A DNA stretch of 64,000 nt, taken from NCBI GenBank assembly GCA_964016885.1, contig OZ024744.1:27342001-27406000 (forward strand), written 5' to 3'. The notes beneath the pieces were generated by a model, which was given only the letters and a program-made list of their open reading frames with translations, made no database searches and had not been told where the DNA came from. A program made the translations under genes and the position numbers. This stretch comes from Eledone cirrhosa. Its lineage: Eukaryota. Shown here piece by piece: positions 1 through 12,000 of the stretch; positions within the stretch are counted from its first letter, which is position 1; every line of letters begins with the position of its first letter.

Positions 1-3000
1 CACTGTTACGGCCAGGCATCTCAGTGCATGTGGTGGTAAAGAGGGAGGTAAGCTTAGGGCCAGGGACACCAGAAGTCACCACTGCTACGGCTAGGCATCT
101 CAGTGCATGTGGTGGTAAGGAGGGAGGTAAACTTAGGGCCAGGGACACCAGAAGTCTCCACTGTTACGGCTAGGCATGTCAGTGCTTGTGGTGGTAAGAA
201 GGGAGGTAACCTTAGGTCCAAGGACACCAGAAGTCTCCACTGTTACGGCTAGGCATCTCAGTGCATGTGGTGGTAAGATGGGAGGTAACCTTAGGGCCAG
301 GGACACCAGAAGACTCCACTGCTACGGCTAGGCATCTCAGTGCATGTGGTGGTAAGAAGGGAGGCAACCTTAGGGCCAAGGACACCAGAAGTCTCCACTG
401 TTACGGCTAGGCATGTCAGTGCATGTGGTGGTAAGAAGGGAGGGAACCTTAGGGCCAGAGACACCAGAAGTCTCCACTGTTACGGCTAGGCATCTCAGTG
501 CATGTGGTGGTAAGAAGGGAGGGAACCTTAGGGCCAGGCACACCAGAAGTCTCCACTGCTACGGCTAGGCATCTCAGTGCATGTGGTGGTAAGAAAGGAG
601 GTAACCTTAGGGCCAGGAAAACCAGAAGTCTCCACTGTTACGGCTTGGCATGTCAGTGCATGTGGTGGTAAGGAGGGAGGTAACCTTAGGGCCAAGGATA
701 CCAGAAGTCTCCACTGTTACGGCTAGGCATGTCAGTGCATTTGGTGGTAAGAAGGGAGGTAACCTTAGGGCCAGGGACACCAGAAGTCTCCACTGTTACG
801 GCTAGGCATCTCACTTCATGTGGTGGTAAGAAGGGAGGTAACCTTAGGGCCAGGGTCACCAGAAGTGTCCACTTCTACGGCTAGGCATCTCAGTGCATGT
901 GGTGGTAAGAAGGGAGGTAACCTTAGGGCCAGGGACACCAGAAGTCTCCAGTGTTACGGCTAGGCATCTCAGTGCATGTGGTGGTAAGAAGGGAGGTAAC
1001 CTTAGGGCCAAGGAGACCAGAAGTATCCACAGCTACGGCTAGGCATCTCAGTGCATGTGGTGGTAAGAAGGGAGGCAACCTTAGGGCCAAGGACACCAGA
1101 AGACTCCACTGTTACGGCTAGGCATCTCAGTGCATGTGGTGGTAAGAAGGGAGGTAACCTTAGGGCCAGGGACACCAGACGTCTCCACTGCTACGGCTAG
1201 GCATCTCAGTGCATGTGGTAGTAAGAAGGGAGGTAACCTTAGGGCCAGGGACACCAAAAGTCTCCACTGCTACGGCTAGGCATCTCAGTGCATGTGGTGG
1301 TAAGAAGGGAGGTAAACTTAGGGCCAGGGACACCAGAAGTCTCCACCGTTACGGCTAGGCATGTCAGTGCATGTGGTGGTAAGAAGGGAGGTAACCTTAG
1401 GTCCAAGGACACCAGAAGTCTCCACTGTTACGGCTAGGCATCTCAGTGCATGTGGTGGTAAGGAGGGAGGTAACCTTAGGGCCAGGGACACCAGAAGACT
1501 CCACTGCTACGGCTAGGCATCTCAGTGCATGTGGTGGTAAGAAGGAGGTAACCTTAGGGCCAAGGACACCAGAAGTCTCCACTGTTACGGCTAGGCATCT
1601 CAGTGCATGTGGTGGTAAGAAGGGAGGTAACCTTAGGGTCAAGGACACCAGAAGTCTCCACTACTACGGCTAGGCATCTCAGTGCATGTGGTGGTAAGAA
1701 GGCAGGTAACCTTAGGGCCAGGGACAGCAGAAGTCTCCACTGCTACGGCTAGGCATCTCAGTGCATGTGGCGGTAAAAAGGGAGGTAAACTTAGGGCCAG
1801 GGACACCAGAAGTCTACACTGTTACGGCTAGGCATATCAATGCATGTGGTGGTAAGAAGGGAGGTAATCTTAGGGCCAGCGACACCAGAAGTCTCCAGTG
1901 TTACGGCTAGGCATCTCAGTGCATGTGGTGGTAAGAAGGGAGGTAACCTTAGGGCCAAGGAGACCAGAAGTCTCCACAGCTACGGCTAGGCATCTCAGTG
2001 CATGTGGTGATAAGAAGGGAGGTAACCTTAGGGCCAAGGACACCAAAAGTCTCCACTGCTACGGCTAGGCATCTCAGTGCATGTGGTGGTAAGAAGGGAG
2101 GTAAACTTAGGGCCAGGGACGCCAGAAGTCTCCACTGTTGCGGCTAGGCATCTCACTTCATGTGGTGGTAAGAAGGGAGGTAACCTTAGGGCCAAGGACA
2201 CCAGAAGTCTCCACTGCTACGGATAGGCATCTCAGTGCATGTGGTGGTAAGAAGGGAGGTAACCTTAGGGCCAGGGACACCAGAAGTCTCCACTGTTACG
2301 GCTAGGCATGTCAGTGCATGTGGTGGTAAGAAGGGAGGTAACCTTAGGGCCAGGGTCACCAGAAGTGTCCACTGCTACGGCTAGGCATCTCAGTGCATGT
2401 GGTGGTAAGTAGGGAGGTAAACTTAGGGCCAGGGACACCAGAAGTCTCCAGTGTTACGGCTAGGCATCTCAGTGCATGTGGTGGTAAGAAGGGAGGTAAC
2501 CTTAGGGCCAAGGAGACCAGAAGTCTCCACAGCTACGGCTAGGCATCTCAGTGCATGTGGTGGTAAGAAGGGAGGTAACCTTAGGGCCAAGGACACCAGA
2601 AGACTCCACTGTTACGGCTAGGCATCTCAGTGCATGTGGTGGTAAGAAGGGAGGTAACCTTAGGGCCAGGGACACCAGGCGTCTCCACTGCTACGGCTAG
2701 GCATCTCAGTGCATGTGGTAGTAATAAGGGAGGTAACCTTAGGGCCAGGGACACCAGAAGTCTCCACTGCTACGGCTAGGCATCTCAGTGCATGTGGTGG
2801 TAAGAAGGGAGGTAAACTTAGGGCCAGGGACACCAGAAGTCTCCACTGTTACGGCTAGGCATGTCAGTGCATGTGGTGGTAAGAAGGGAGGTAACCTTAG
2901 GTCCAGGGACACCAGAAGACTCCACTGTTACGGCCAGGCATCTCAGTGCATGTGGTGGTAAAGAGGGAGGTAACCTTAGGGCCAGGGACACCAGACGTCT

Positions 3001-6000
3001 CCACTGCTACGGCTAGGCATCTCAGTGCATGTGGTGGTAAGAAGGGAGGTAACCTTAGGGCCAGGGACACCAGAAGTCTCCAGTGTTACGGCTAGGCATC
3101 TCAGTGCATGTGGTGGTAAGAAGGGAGGTAACCTTAGGGCCAGGGACACCAGACGTCTCCACTGCTCGGCTAGGCATCTCAGTGCATGTGGTGGTAAGAA
3201 GGGAGGTAACCTTAGGGCCAGGGACATCAGAAGTCTCCACTGTTACGGCTAGGCATCTCAGTGCATTTGGTGGTAAGGAGGGAGGTAACCTTAGGGCCAG
3301 GGACACCAGAAGTCTCCACTGCTACGGCTAGGCATCTCAGTGCATGTGGTGGTAAGAAGGGAGGGAACCTTAGGGCCAGGGACACCAGAAGTTTCCACTG
3401 TTACGGCTAGGGATCTCAGTTCATATGGTGGTAAGAAGGGAGGTAACCTTAGGGCCAGGGACACCAGAAGACTCCACTGTTACGGCTAGGCATCTCAGTG
3501 CATGTGGTGGTAAGAAGGGAGGTAACCTTAGGGTCAAGGACACCAGAAGTCTCCACTGCTACGGCTAGGCATCTCAGTGCATGTGGTGGTAAGAAGGCAG
3601 GTAAACTTAGGGCCAGGGACAGCAGAAGTCTCCACTGCTACGGCTAGGCATCTCAGTGCATGTGGTGGTAAAAAGGGAGGTAACCTTAGGGCCAGGGACA
3701 CCAGAAGTCTACACTGTTACGGCTAGGCATATCAGTGCATGTGGTGGTAAGAAGGGAGGTAACCTTAGAGCCAGGGACACCAGAAGACTCCACTGTTACG
3801 GCTAGGCATCTCAGTGCATCTGGTGGTAAGAAGGGAGGTAACCTTAGGGCCAGGGACACCAGAAGTCTCCACTGTTACGGCTAGGCATCTCACTTCATGT
3901 GGTGGTAAGAAGGGAGGTAACCTTAGGGCCAAGGACACCAGATGTATCCACTGCTACGGCTAGGCATCTCAGTGCATGTGGTGGTAAGAAGGGAGGTAAC
4001 CTTAGGGCCAGGGACACCAGAAGACTCCACTGTTACGGCCAGGCATCTCAGTGCATGTGGTGGTAAAGAGGGAGGTAACCTTAGGGCCAGGGACACCAGA
4101 CGTCTCCACTGCTACGGCTAGGCATCTCAGTGCATGTGGTGGTAAGGAGGGAGGTAAACTTAGGGCCAGGGACACCAGAAGTCTCCACTGTTACGGCTAG
4201 GCATGTCAGTGCATGTGGTGGTAAGAAGGGAGGTAACCTTAGGTCCAAGGACACCAGAAGTCTCCACTGTTACGGCTAGGCATCTCAGTGCATGTGGTGG
4301 TAAGAAGGGAGGTAACCTTAGGGCCAGGGACACCAGAAGACTCCACTGCTACGGCTAGGCATCTCAGTGCATGTGGTGGTAAGAAGGGAGGTAACCTTAG
4401 GGCCAAGGACACCAGAAGTCTCCACTGTTACGGCTAGGCATGTCAGTGCATGTGGTGGTAAGAAGGGAGGGAACCTTAGGGCCAGAGACACCAGAAGTCT
4501 CCACTGTTACGGCTAGGCATCTCAGTGCATGTGGTGGTAAGAAGGGAGGGAACCTTAGGGCCAGGCACACCAGAAGTCTCCACTGCTACGGCTAGGCATC
4601 TCAGTGCATGTGGTGGTAAGAAAGGAGGTAACCTTAGGGCCAGGAAAACCAGAAGTCTCCACTGTTACGGCTTGGCATGTCAGTGCATGTGGTGGTAAGG
4701 AGGGAGGTAACCTTAGGGCCAAGGATACCAGAAGTCTCCACTGTTACGGCTAGGCATCTCAGTGCATTTGGTGGTAAGAAGGGAGGTAACCTTAGGGCAA
4801 GGGACACCAGAAGTCTCCACTGTTACGGCTAGGCATCTCACTTCATGTGGTGGTAAGAAGGGAGGTAACCTTAGGGCCAGGGTCACCAGAAGTGTCCACT
4901 GCTACGGCTAGGCATCTCAGTGCATGTGGTGGTAAGAAGGGAGGTAACCTTAGGGCCAGGGACACCAGAAGTCTCCAGTGTTACGGCTAGGCATCTCTGT
5001 GCATGTGGTGGTAAGAAGGGAGGTAACCTTAGGGCCAAGGAGACCAGAAGTATCCACAGCTACGGCTAGGCATCTCAGTGCATGTGGTGGTAAGAAGGGA
5101 GGTAACCTTAGGGCCAAGGACACCAGAAGACTCCACTGTTACGGCTAGGCATCTCAGTGCATGTGGTGGTAAGAAGGGAGGTAACCTTAGGGCCAGGGAC
5201 ACCAGACGTCTCCACTGCTACGGCTAGGCATCTCAGTGCATGTGGTAGTAAGAAGGGAGGTAACCTTAGGGCCAGGGACACCAGAAGTCTCCACTGCTAC
5301 GGCTAGGCATCTCAGTGCATGTGGTGGTAAGAAGGGAGGTAAACTTAGGGCCAGGGACACCAGAAGTCTCCACCGTTACGGCTAGGCATGTCAGTGCATG
5401 TGGTGGTAAGAAGGGAGGTAACCTTAGGTCCAAGGACACCAGAAGTCTCCACTGTTACGGCTAGGCATCTCAGTGCTTGTGGTGGTAAGGAGGGAGGTAA
5501 CCTTAGGGCCAGGGACACCAGAAGACTCCACTGCTACGGCTAGGCATCTCAGTGCATGTGGTGGTAAGAAGGAGGTAACCTTAGGGCCAAGGACACCAGA
5601 AGTCTCCACTGTTACGGCTAGGCATCTCAGTGCATGTGGTGGTAAGAAGGGAGGTAACCTTAGGGTCAAGGACACCAGAAGTCTCCACTGCTACGGCTAG
5701 GCATCTCAGTGCATGTGGTGGTAAGAAGGCAGGTAACCTTAGGGCCAGGGACAGCAGAAGTCTCCACTGCTACGGCTAGGCATCTCAGTGCATGTGGCGG
5801 TAAAAAGGGAGGTAAACTTAGGGCCAGGGACACCAGAAGTCTACACTGTTACGGCTAGGCATATCAATGCATGTGGTGGTAAGAAGGGAGGTAATCTTAG
5901 GGCCAGGGACACCAGAAGTCTCCAGTGTTACGGCTAGGCATGTCAGTGAATGTGGTGGTAAGAAGGGAGGTAACCTTAGGGCCAAGGACACCAAAAGTCT

Positions 6001-9000
6001 CCACTGCTACGGCTAGGCATCTCAGTGCATGTGGTGGTAAGAAGGGAGGTAAACTTAGGGCCAGGGACGCCAGAAGTCTCCACTGTTACGGCTAGGCATC
6101 TCACTTCATGTGGTGGTAAGAAGGGAGGTAACCTTAGGGCCAAGGACACCAGAAGTCTCCACTGCTACGGATAGGCATCTCAGTGCATGTGGTGGTAAGA
6201 AGGGAGGTAACCTTAGGGCCAGGGACACCAGAAGTCTCCACTGTTACGGCTAGGCATGTCAGTGCATGTGGTGGTAAGAAGGGAGGTAACCTTAGGGCCA
6301 GGGTCACCAGAAGTGTCCACTGCTACGGCTAGGCATCTCAGTGCATGTGGTGGTAAGTAGGGAGGTAACCTTAGGGCCAGGGACACCAGAAGTCTCCAGT
6401 GTTACGGCTAGGCATCTCAGTGCATGTGGTGGTAAGAAGGGAGGTAACCTTAGGGCCAGGCACACCAGAAGTCTCCACTGTTACGGCTAGGCATCACAGT
6501 GCATGTGGTGGTAAGAAGGGGGTAACCTTAAGGCCAGGGACACCAGAAGTCTCCAGTGTTACGGCTAGGCATCTCAGTGCATGTGGTGGTAAGAAGGGAG
6601 GTAACCTTAGGGCCAAGGAGACCAGAAGTCTCGACAGCTACGGCTAGGCATCTCAGTGCATGTGGTGGTAAGAAGGGAGGTAACCTTAGGGCCAAGGACA
6701 CCAGAAGACTCCACTGTTACGGCTAGGCATCTCAGTGCATGTGGTGGTAAGAATGGAGGTAACCTTAGGGCCAAGGCACCAGAAGTCTCCACTACTACGG
6801 CTAGGCATCTCAGTGCATGTGGTGGTAAGATGGGAAGGAACCTTAGGGCCAGGGACACCAGAAGTCTCCACTGTTACTACTAGGCATCTCAGTGCATGTG
6901 GTGGTAAGAAGGGAGGTAAACTTAGGGACAGGGACACCAGAAGTCTCCACTGTTACGGCTAGGCATGTCAGTGCATGTGGTGGTAAGAAGGGAGGTAACC
7001 TTAGGTCCAAGGACACCAGAAGTCTCCACTGTTACGCCTAGGCATCTCAGTGCATGTGGTGGTAAGAAGGGAGGTAACCTTAGGGCCAGGCACACCAGAA
7101 GTCTCCACTGCTACGGCTAGGCATCTCAGTGCATGTGGTGGTAAGAAAGGAGGTAACCTTAGGGCCAGGGACACCAGAAGTCTCCACTGTTACGGCTTGG
7201 CATGTCAGTGCATGTGGTGGTAAGGAGGGAGGTAACCTTAGGGCCAAGGATACCAGAAGTCTCCACTGTTACGGCTAGGCATCTCAGTGCATTTGGTGGT
7301 AAGAAGGGAGGTAACCTTAGGGCCAGGGACACCAGAAGTCTCCACTGTTACGGCTAGGCATCTCACTTCATGTGGTGGTAAGAAGGGAGGTAACCTTAGG
7401 GACAGGGACACCAGAAGACTCCACTGTTACGGCTAGGCATCTCAGTGCATGTGGTGGTAAAGAGGGAGGTAACCTTAGGGCCAGGGACACCAGAAGTCTT
7501 CACTGCTACGGCTAGACATCTCAGTGCATGTGGTGGTAAGGAGGGAGGTAAACTTAGGGCCAGGGACACCAGAAGTCTCCACTGTTGCGGCTAGGCATGT
7601 CAGTGCATGTGGTGGTAAGAAGGGAGGTAACCTTAGGTCCAAGGACACCAGAAGTCTCCACTGTTACGGCTAGGCATCTCAGTGCATGTGGTGGTAAGAA
7701 GGGAGGTAACCTTAGGGCCAGGGACACCAGAAGACTCCACTGCTACGGCTAGGCATCTCAGTGCATGTGGTGGTAAGAAGGGAGGTAACCTTAGGGCCAA
7801 GGACACCAGAAGTCTCCACTGTTACGGCTAGGCATGTCAGTGCATGTGGTGGTAAGAAGGGAGGGAACCTTAGGGCCAGAGACACCAGAAGTCTCCACTG
7901 TTACGGCTAGGCATCTCAGTGCATGTGGTGGTAAGAAGGGAGGAAACCTTAGGGCCAGGCACACCAGAAGTCTCCACTGCTACGGCTAGGCATCTCAGTG
8001 CATGTGGTGGTAAGAAAGGAGGTAACCTTAGGGCCAGGAACACCAGACGTCTCCACTGCTACGGCTAGGCATCTCAGTGCATGTGGTGGTAAGAAGGGAG
8101 GTAACCTTAGGGCCAGGGACACCAGAAGTCTCCACTGCTACGGCTAGGCATCTCAGTGCATGTGGTGGTAAGAAGGGAGGTAAACTTAGGGCCAGGGACA
8201 CCAGAAGTCTCCACTGTTACGGCTAGGCATGACAGTGCATGTGGTGGTAAGAAGGGAGGTAACCTTAGGTCCAAGGACACCAGAAGTCTCCACTGTTACG
8301 GCTAGGCATCTCAGTGCATGTGGTGGTAAGAAGTGAGGTAACCTTAGGGCCAGGCACACCAGAAGTCTCCACTGCTACGGCTAGGCATCTCAGTGCATGT
8401 GGTGGTAAGAAAGGAGGTAACCTTAGGGCCAGGGACACCAGAAGTCTCCACTGTTACGGCTTGGCATGTCAGTGCATGTGGTGGCAAGGAGGGAGGTAAC
8501 CTTAGAGCCAAGGATACCAGAAGTCTCCACTGTTACGGCTAGGCATCTCAGTACATTTGGTGGTAAGAAGGGAGGTAACCTTAGGGCCAGGGACACCAGA
8601 AGTCTCCAGTGTTACGGCTAGGCATCTCAGTGCATGTGGTGGTAAAGAGGGAGGTAACCTTAGGGCCAGGGACACCAGACGTCTCCACTGCTATGGCTAG
8701 GCATTTCAGTGCATGTGGTGGTAAAGAGGGAGGTAACCTTAGGGCCAGGGACACCAGACGTCTCCACTGCTATGGCTAGGCATTTCAGTGCATGTGGTGG
8801 TAAGAAGGGGGGTAACCTTAGGGCCAGGGACACCAGAATTCTTCACTGCTACGGCTAGGCATCTCAGTGCATGTGGTGGTAAGGAGGGAGGTAAACTTAG
8901 GGCCAGGGACACCAGAAGTCTCCACTGTTACGGCTAGGCATGTCAGTGCATGTGGTGGTAAGAAGGGAGGTAACCTTAGGTCCAAGGACACCAGAAGTCT

Positions 9001-12000
9001 CCACTGTTACGGCTAGGCATCTCAGTGCATGTGGTGGTAAGAAGGGAGGTAACCTTATGGCCAGGGACACCAGAAGACTCCACTGCTACGGCTAGGCATC
9101 TCAGTGCATGTGGTGGTAAGAAGGGAGGTAACCTTAGGGCCAAGGAGAACAGAAGTCTCCACAGCTACGGCTAGGCATCTCAGTGCATGTGGTGGTAAGA
9201 AGGGAGGTAACCTTAGGGCCAAGGACACCAGAAGTCTCCACTGTTACGGCTAGGCATCTCAGTACATGTGGTGGTAAGAAGGGAGGTAACCGTAGGGCCA
9301 AGGACACCAGAAGACTCCACTGTTACGGCAGGGCATCTCAGTACATGTGGTGGTAAGAAGGGAGGTAACCGTAGGGCCAGGGACAGCAGACGTCTCCACT
9401 GCTACGGCTAGGTATCTCAGTGCATGTGGTAGTAAGAAGGGAGGTAACCTTAGGGCCAGGGACACCAGAAGTCTCCACTGCTACGGCTAGGCATCTCAGT
9501 GCATGTGGTGGTAAGAAGGGAGGTAAACTTAGGGCCAGAGACACCAGAAGTCTCCACCGTTACGGCTAGGCATGTCAGTGCATGTGGTGGTAAGAAGGGA
9601 GGTAACCTTAGGTCCAAGGACACCAGAAGTCTCCACTGTTACGGTTAGGCATCTCAGTGCATGTGGTGGTAAGAAGGGAAGGAACCCTAGGGCCAGGGAC
9701 ACCAGAAGTCTCCACTGTTACGGCTAGGCATGTCAGTGCATGTGGTGGTAAGAAGGGAGGTAACCTTAGGTCCAAGGACACCAGAAGTCTCCACTGTTAC
9801 GGCTAGGCATCTCAGTGCATGTGGTGGTAAGTAGGGAGGTAACCTTAGGGCCAGGCACACCAGAAGTCTCCACTGCTACGGCTAGGCATCTCAGTGCATG
9901 TGGTGGTAAGAAAGGAGGTAACCTTAGGGCCAGGGACACCAGAAGTCTCCACTGTTACGTCTTGGCATGTCAGTGCATGTGGTGGTAAGGAGGGAGGTAA
10001 CCTTAGGGCCAAGGATACCAGAAGTCTCCACTGTTACGGCTAGGCATCTCAGTGAATTTGGTGGTAAGAAGGGAGGTAACCTTAGGGCCAGGGACACCAG
10101 AAGTCTCCACTGTTACGGCTAGGCATCTCACTTCATGTGGTGGTAAGAAGGGAGGTAACCTTAGGGCCAGGGACACCAGAAGACTCCACTGTTACGGCTA
10201 GGCATCTCAGTGCATGTGGTGGTAAAGAGGGAGGTAACCTTAGGGCCAGGGACACCAGACGTCTCCACTGCTACGGCTAGGCATCTCAGTGCATGTGGTG
10301 GTAAGAAGGGACGTAACCTTAGGGCCAGGGACACCAGAAGTCTTCACTGCTACGGCTAGACATCTCAGTGCATGTGGTGGTAAGGAGGAAGGTAAACTTA
10401 GGGCCAGGGACACCAGAAGTCTCCACTGTTACGGCTAGGCATGTCTGTGCATGTGGTGGTAAGAAGGGAGGGAACCTTAGGGCCAGAGACACCAGAAGTC
10501 TCCACTGTTACGGCTAGGCATCTCAGTGCATGTGGTGGTAAGAAGGGAGGGAACCTTAGGGCCAGGCACACCAGAAGTCTCCACTGCTACGGCTAGGCAT
10601 CTCAGTGCATGTGGTGGTAAGAAAGGAGGTAACCTTAGGGCCAGGCACACCAGAAGTCTCCACTGCTACGGCTAGGCATGTCAGTGCATGTGGTGGTAAG
10701 AAGGGAGGTAACCTTAGGGCCAGGGTCACCAGAAGTCTCCACTGTTACGGCTTGGCATGTCAGTGCATGTGGTGGTAAGAAGGGAGGTAACCTTAGGGCC
10801 AAGGATACCAGAAGTCTCCACTGTTACGGCTAGGCATCTCAGTGCATTTGGTGGTAAGAAGGGAGGTAACATTAGGGCCAGGGACACCAGAAGTCTCCAC
10901 TGTTACGGCTAGGCATCTCACTTCATGTGGTGGTAAGAAGGGAGGTAACCTTAGGGCCAGGGTCACCAGAAGTGTCCACTGCTACGGCTAGGCATCTCAG
11001 TGCATGTGGTGGTAAGAAGGGAGGTAAACTTAGGGCCAGGGACACCAGAAGTCTCAACCGTTACGGCTAGGCATGTCAGTGCATGTGGTGGTAAGAAGGG
11101 AGGTAACCTTAGGTCCAAGGACACCAGAAGTCTCCACTGTTACGGCTAGGCATCTCAGTGCATGTGGTGGTAAGGAGGGAGGTAACCTTAGGGCCAGGGA
11201 CACCAGAAGACTCCACTGCTACGGCTAGGCATCTCAGTGCATGTGGTGGTAAGTAGGGAGGTAACCTTAGGGCCAGGGACAGCAGAAGTCTCCACTGCTA
11301 CGGCTAGGCATCTCAGTATCATGTGGTGGTAAAAAGGGAAGTAACCTTAGGGCCAGGGACACCAGAAGATTCCACTGCTACGGCTAGGCATCTCAGTGCA
11401 TGTGGTGGTAAGAAGGGAGGTAACCTTAGGGCCAAGGACACCAGAAGTCTCCACTGTTACGGCTAGGCATCTCAGTGCGTGTGGTGGTAAGAAGGGAGGT
11501 AACCTTAGGGTCAAGGACACCAGAAGTCTCCACTGCTACGGCTAGGCATCTCAGTGCATGTGGTGGTAAGAAGGCAGGTAACCTTAGGGCCAGGGACACC
11601 AGAAGTCTACACTGTTACGGCTAGGCATATCAATGCATGTGGTGGTAAGAAGGGAGGTAATCTTAGGGCCAGGGACACCAGAAGTCTCCAGTGTTACGGC
11701 TAGGCATCTCAGTGCATGTGGTGGTAAGAAGGGAGGTAACCTTAGGACCAAGGAGACCAGAAGTCTCCACAGCTACGGCTAGGCATCTCAGTGCATGTGG
11801 TGATAAGAAGGGAGGTAACCTTAGGGCCAAGGACACCAAAAGTCTCCACTGCTACGGCTAGGCATCTCAGTGCATGTGGTGGTAAGAAGGGAGGTAAACT
11901 TAGGGCCAGGGACGCCAGAAGTCTCCACTGTTACGGCTAGGCATCTCACTTCATGTGGTGGTAAGAAGGGAGGTAACCTTAGGGCCAAGGACACCAGAAG

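Noticed and set aside
18-55. Micro-exon array or spliced-leader genes (CTCAG acceptor, GTAAGA/GTAACC donors in each monomer)
   Set aside because: No polypyrimidine tract, implied exons of 11 or 23 nt break frame, no Sm-site-like U-run; donor positions are freely mutated among copies.
1-79. Satellite-encoded hammerhead ribozyme or tRNA gene array
   Set aside because: Minus strand has CTGAGAT rather than CTGANGA and no GAAA core; no B-box GTTCRA or convincing cloverleaf.
1-79. Degenerate C2H2 zinc-finger array (HC...CGGK in translation)
   Set aside because: Period is 79 not 84 bp, no HxxxH/TGEKP linker, cysteine spacing wrong.
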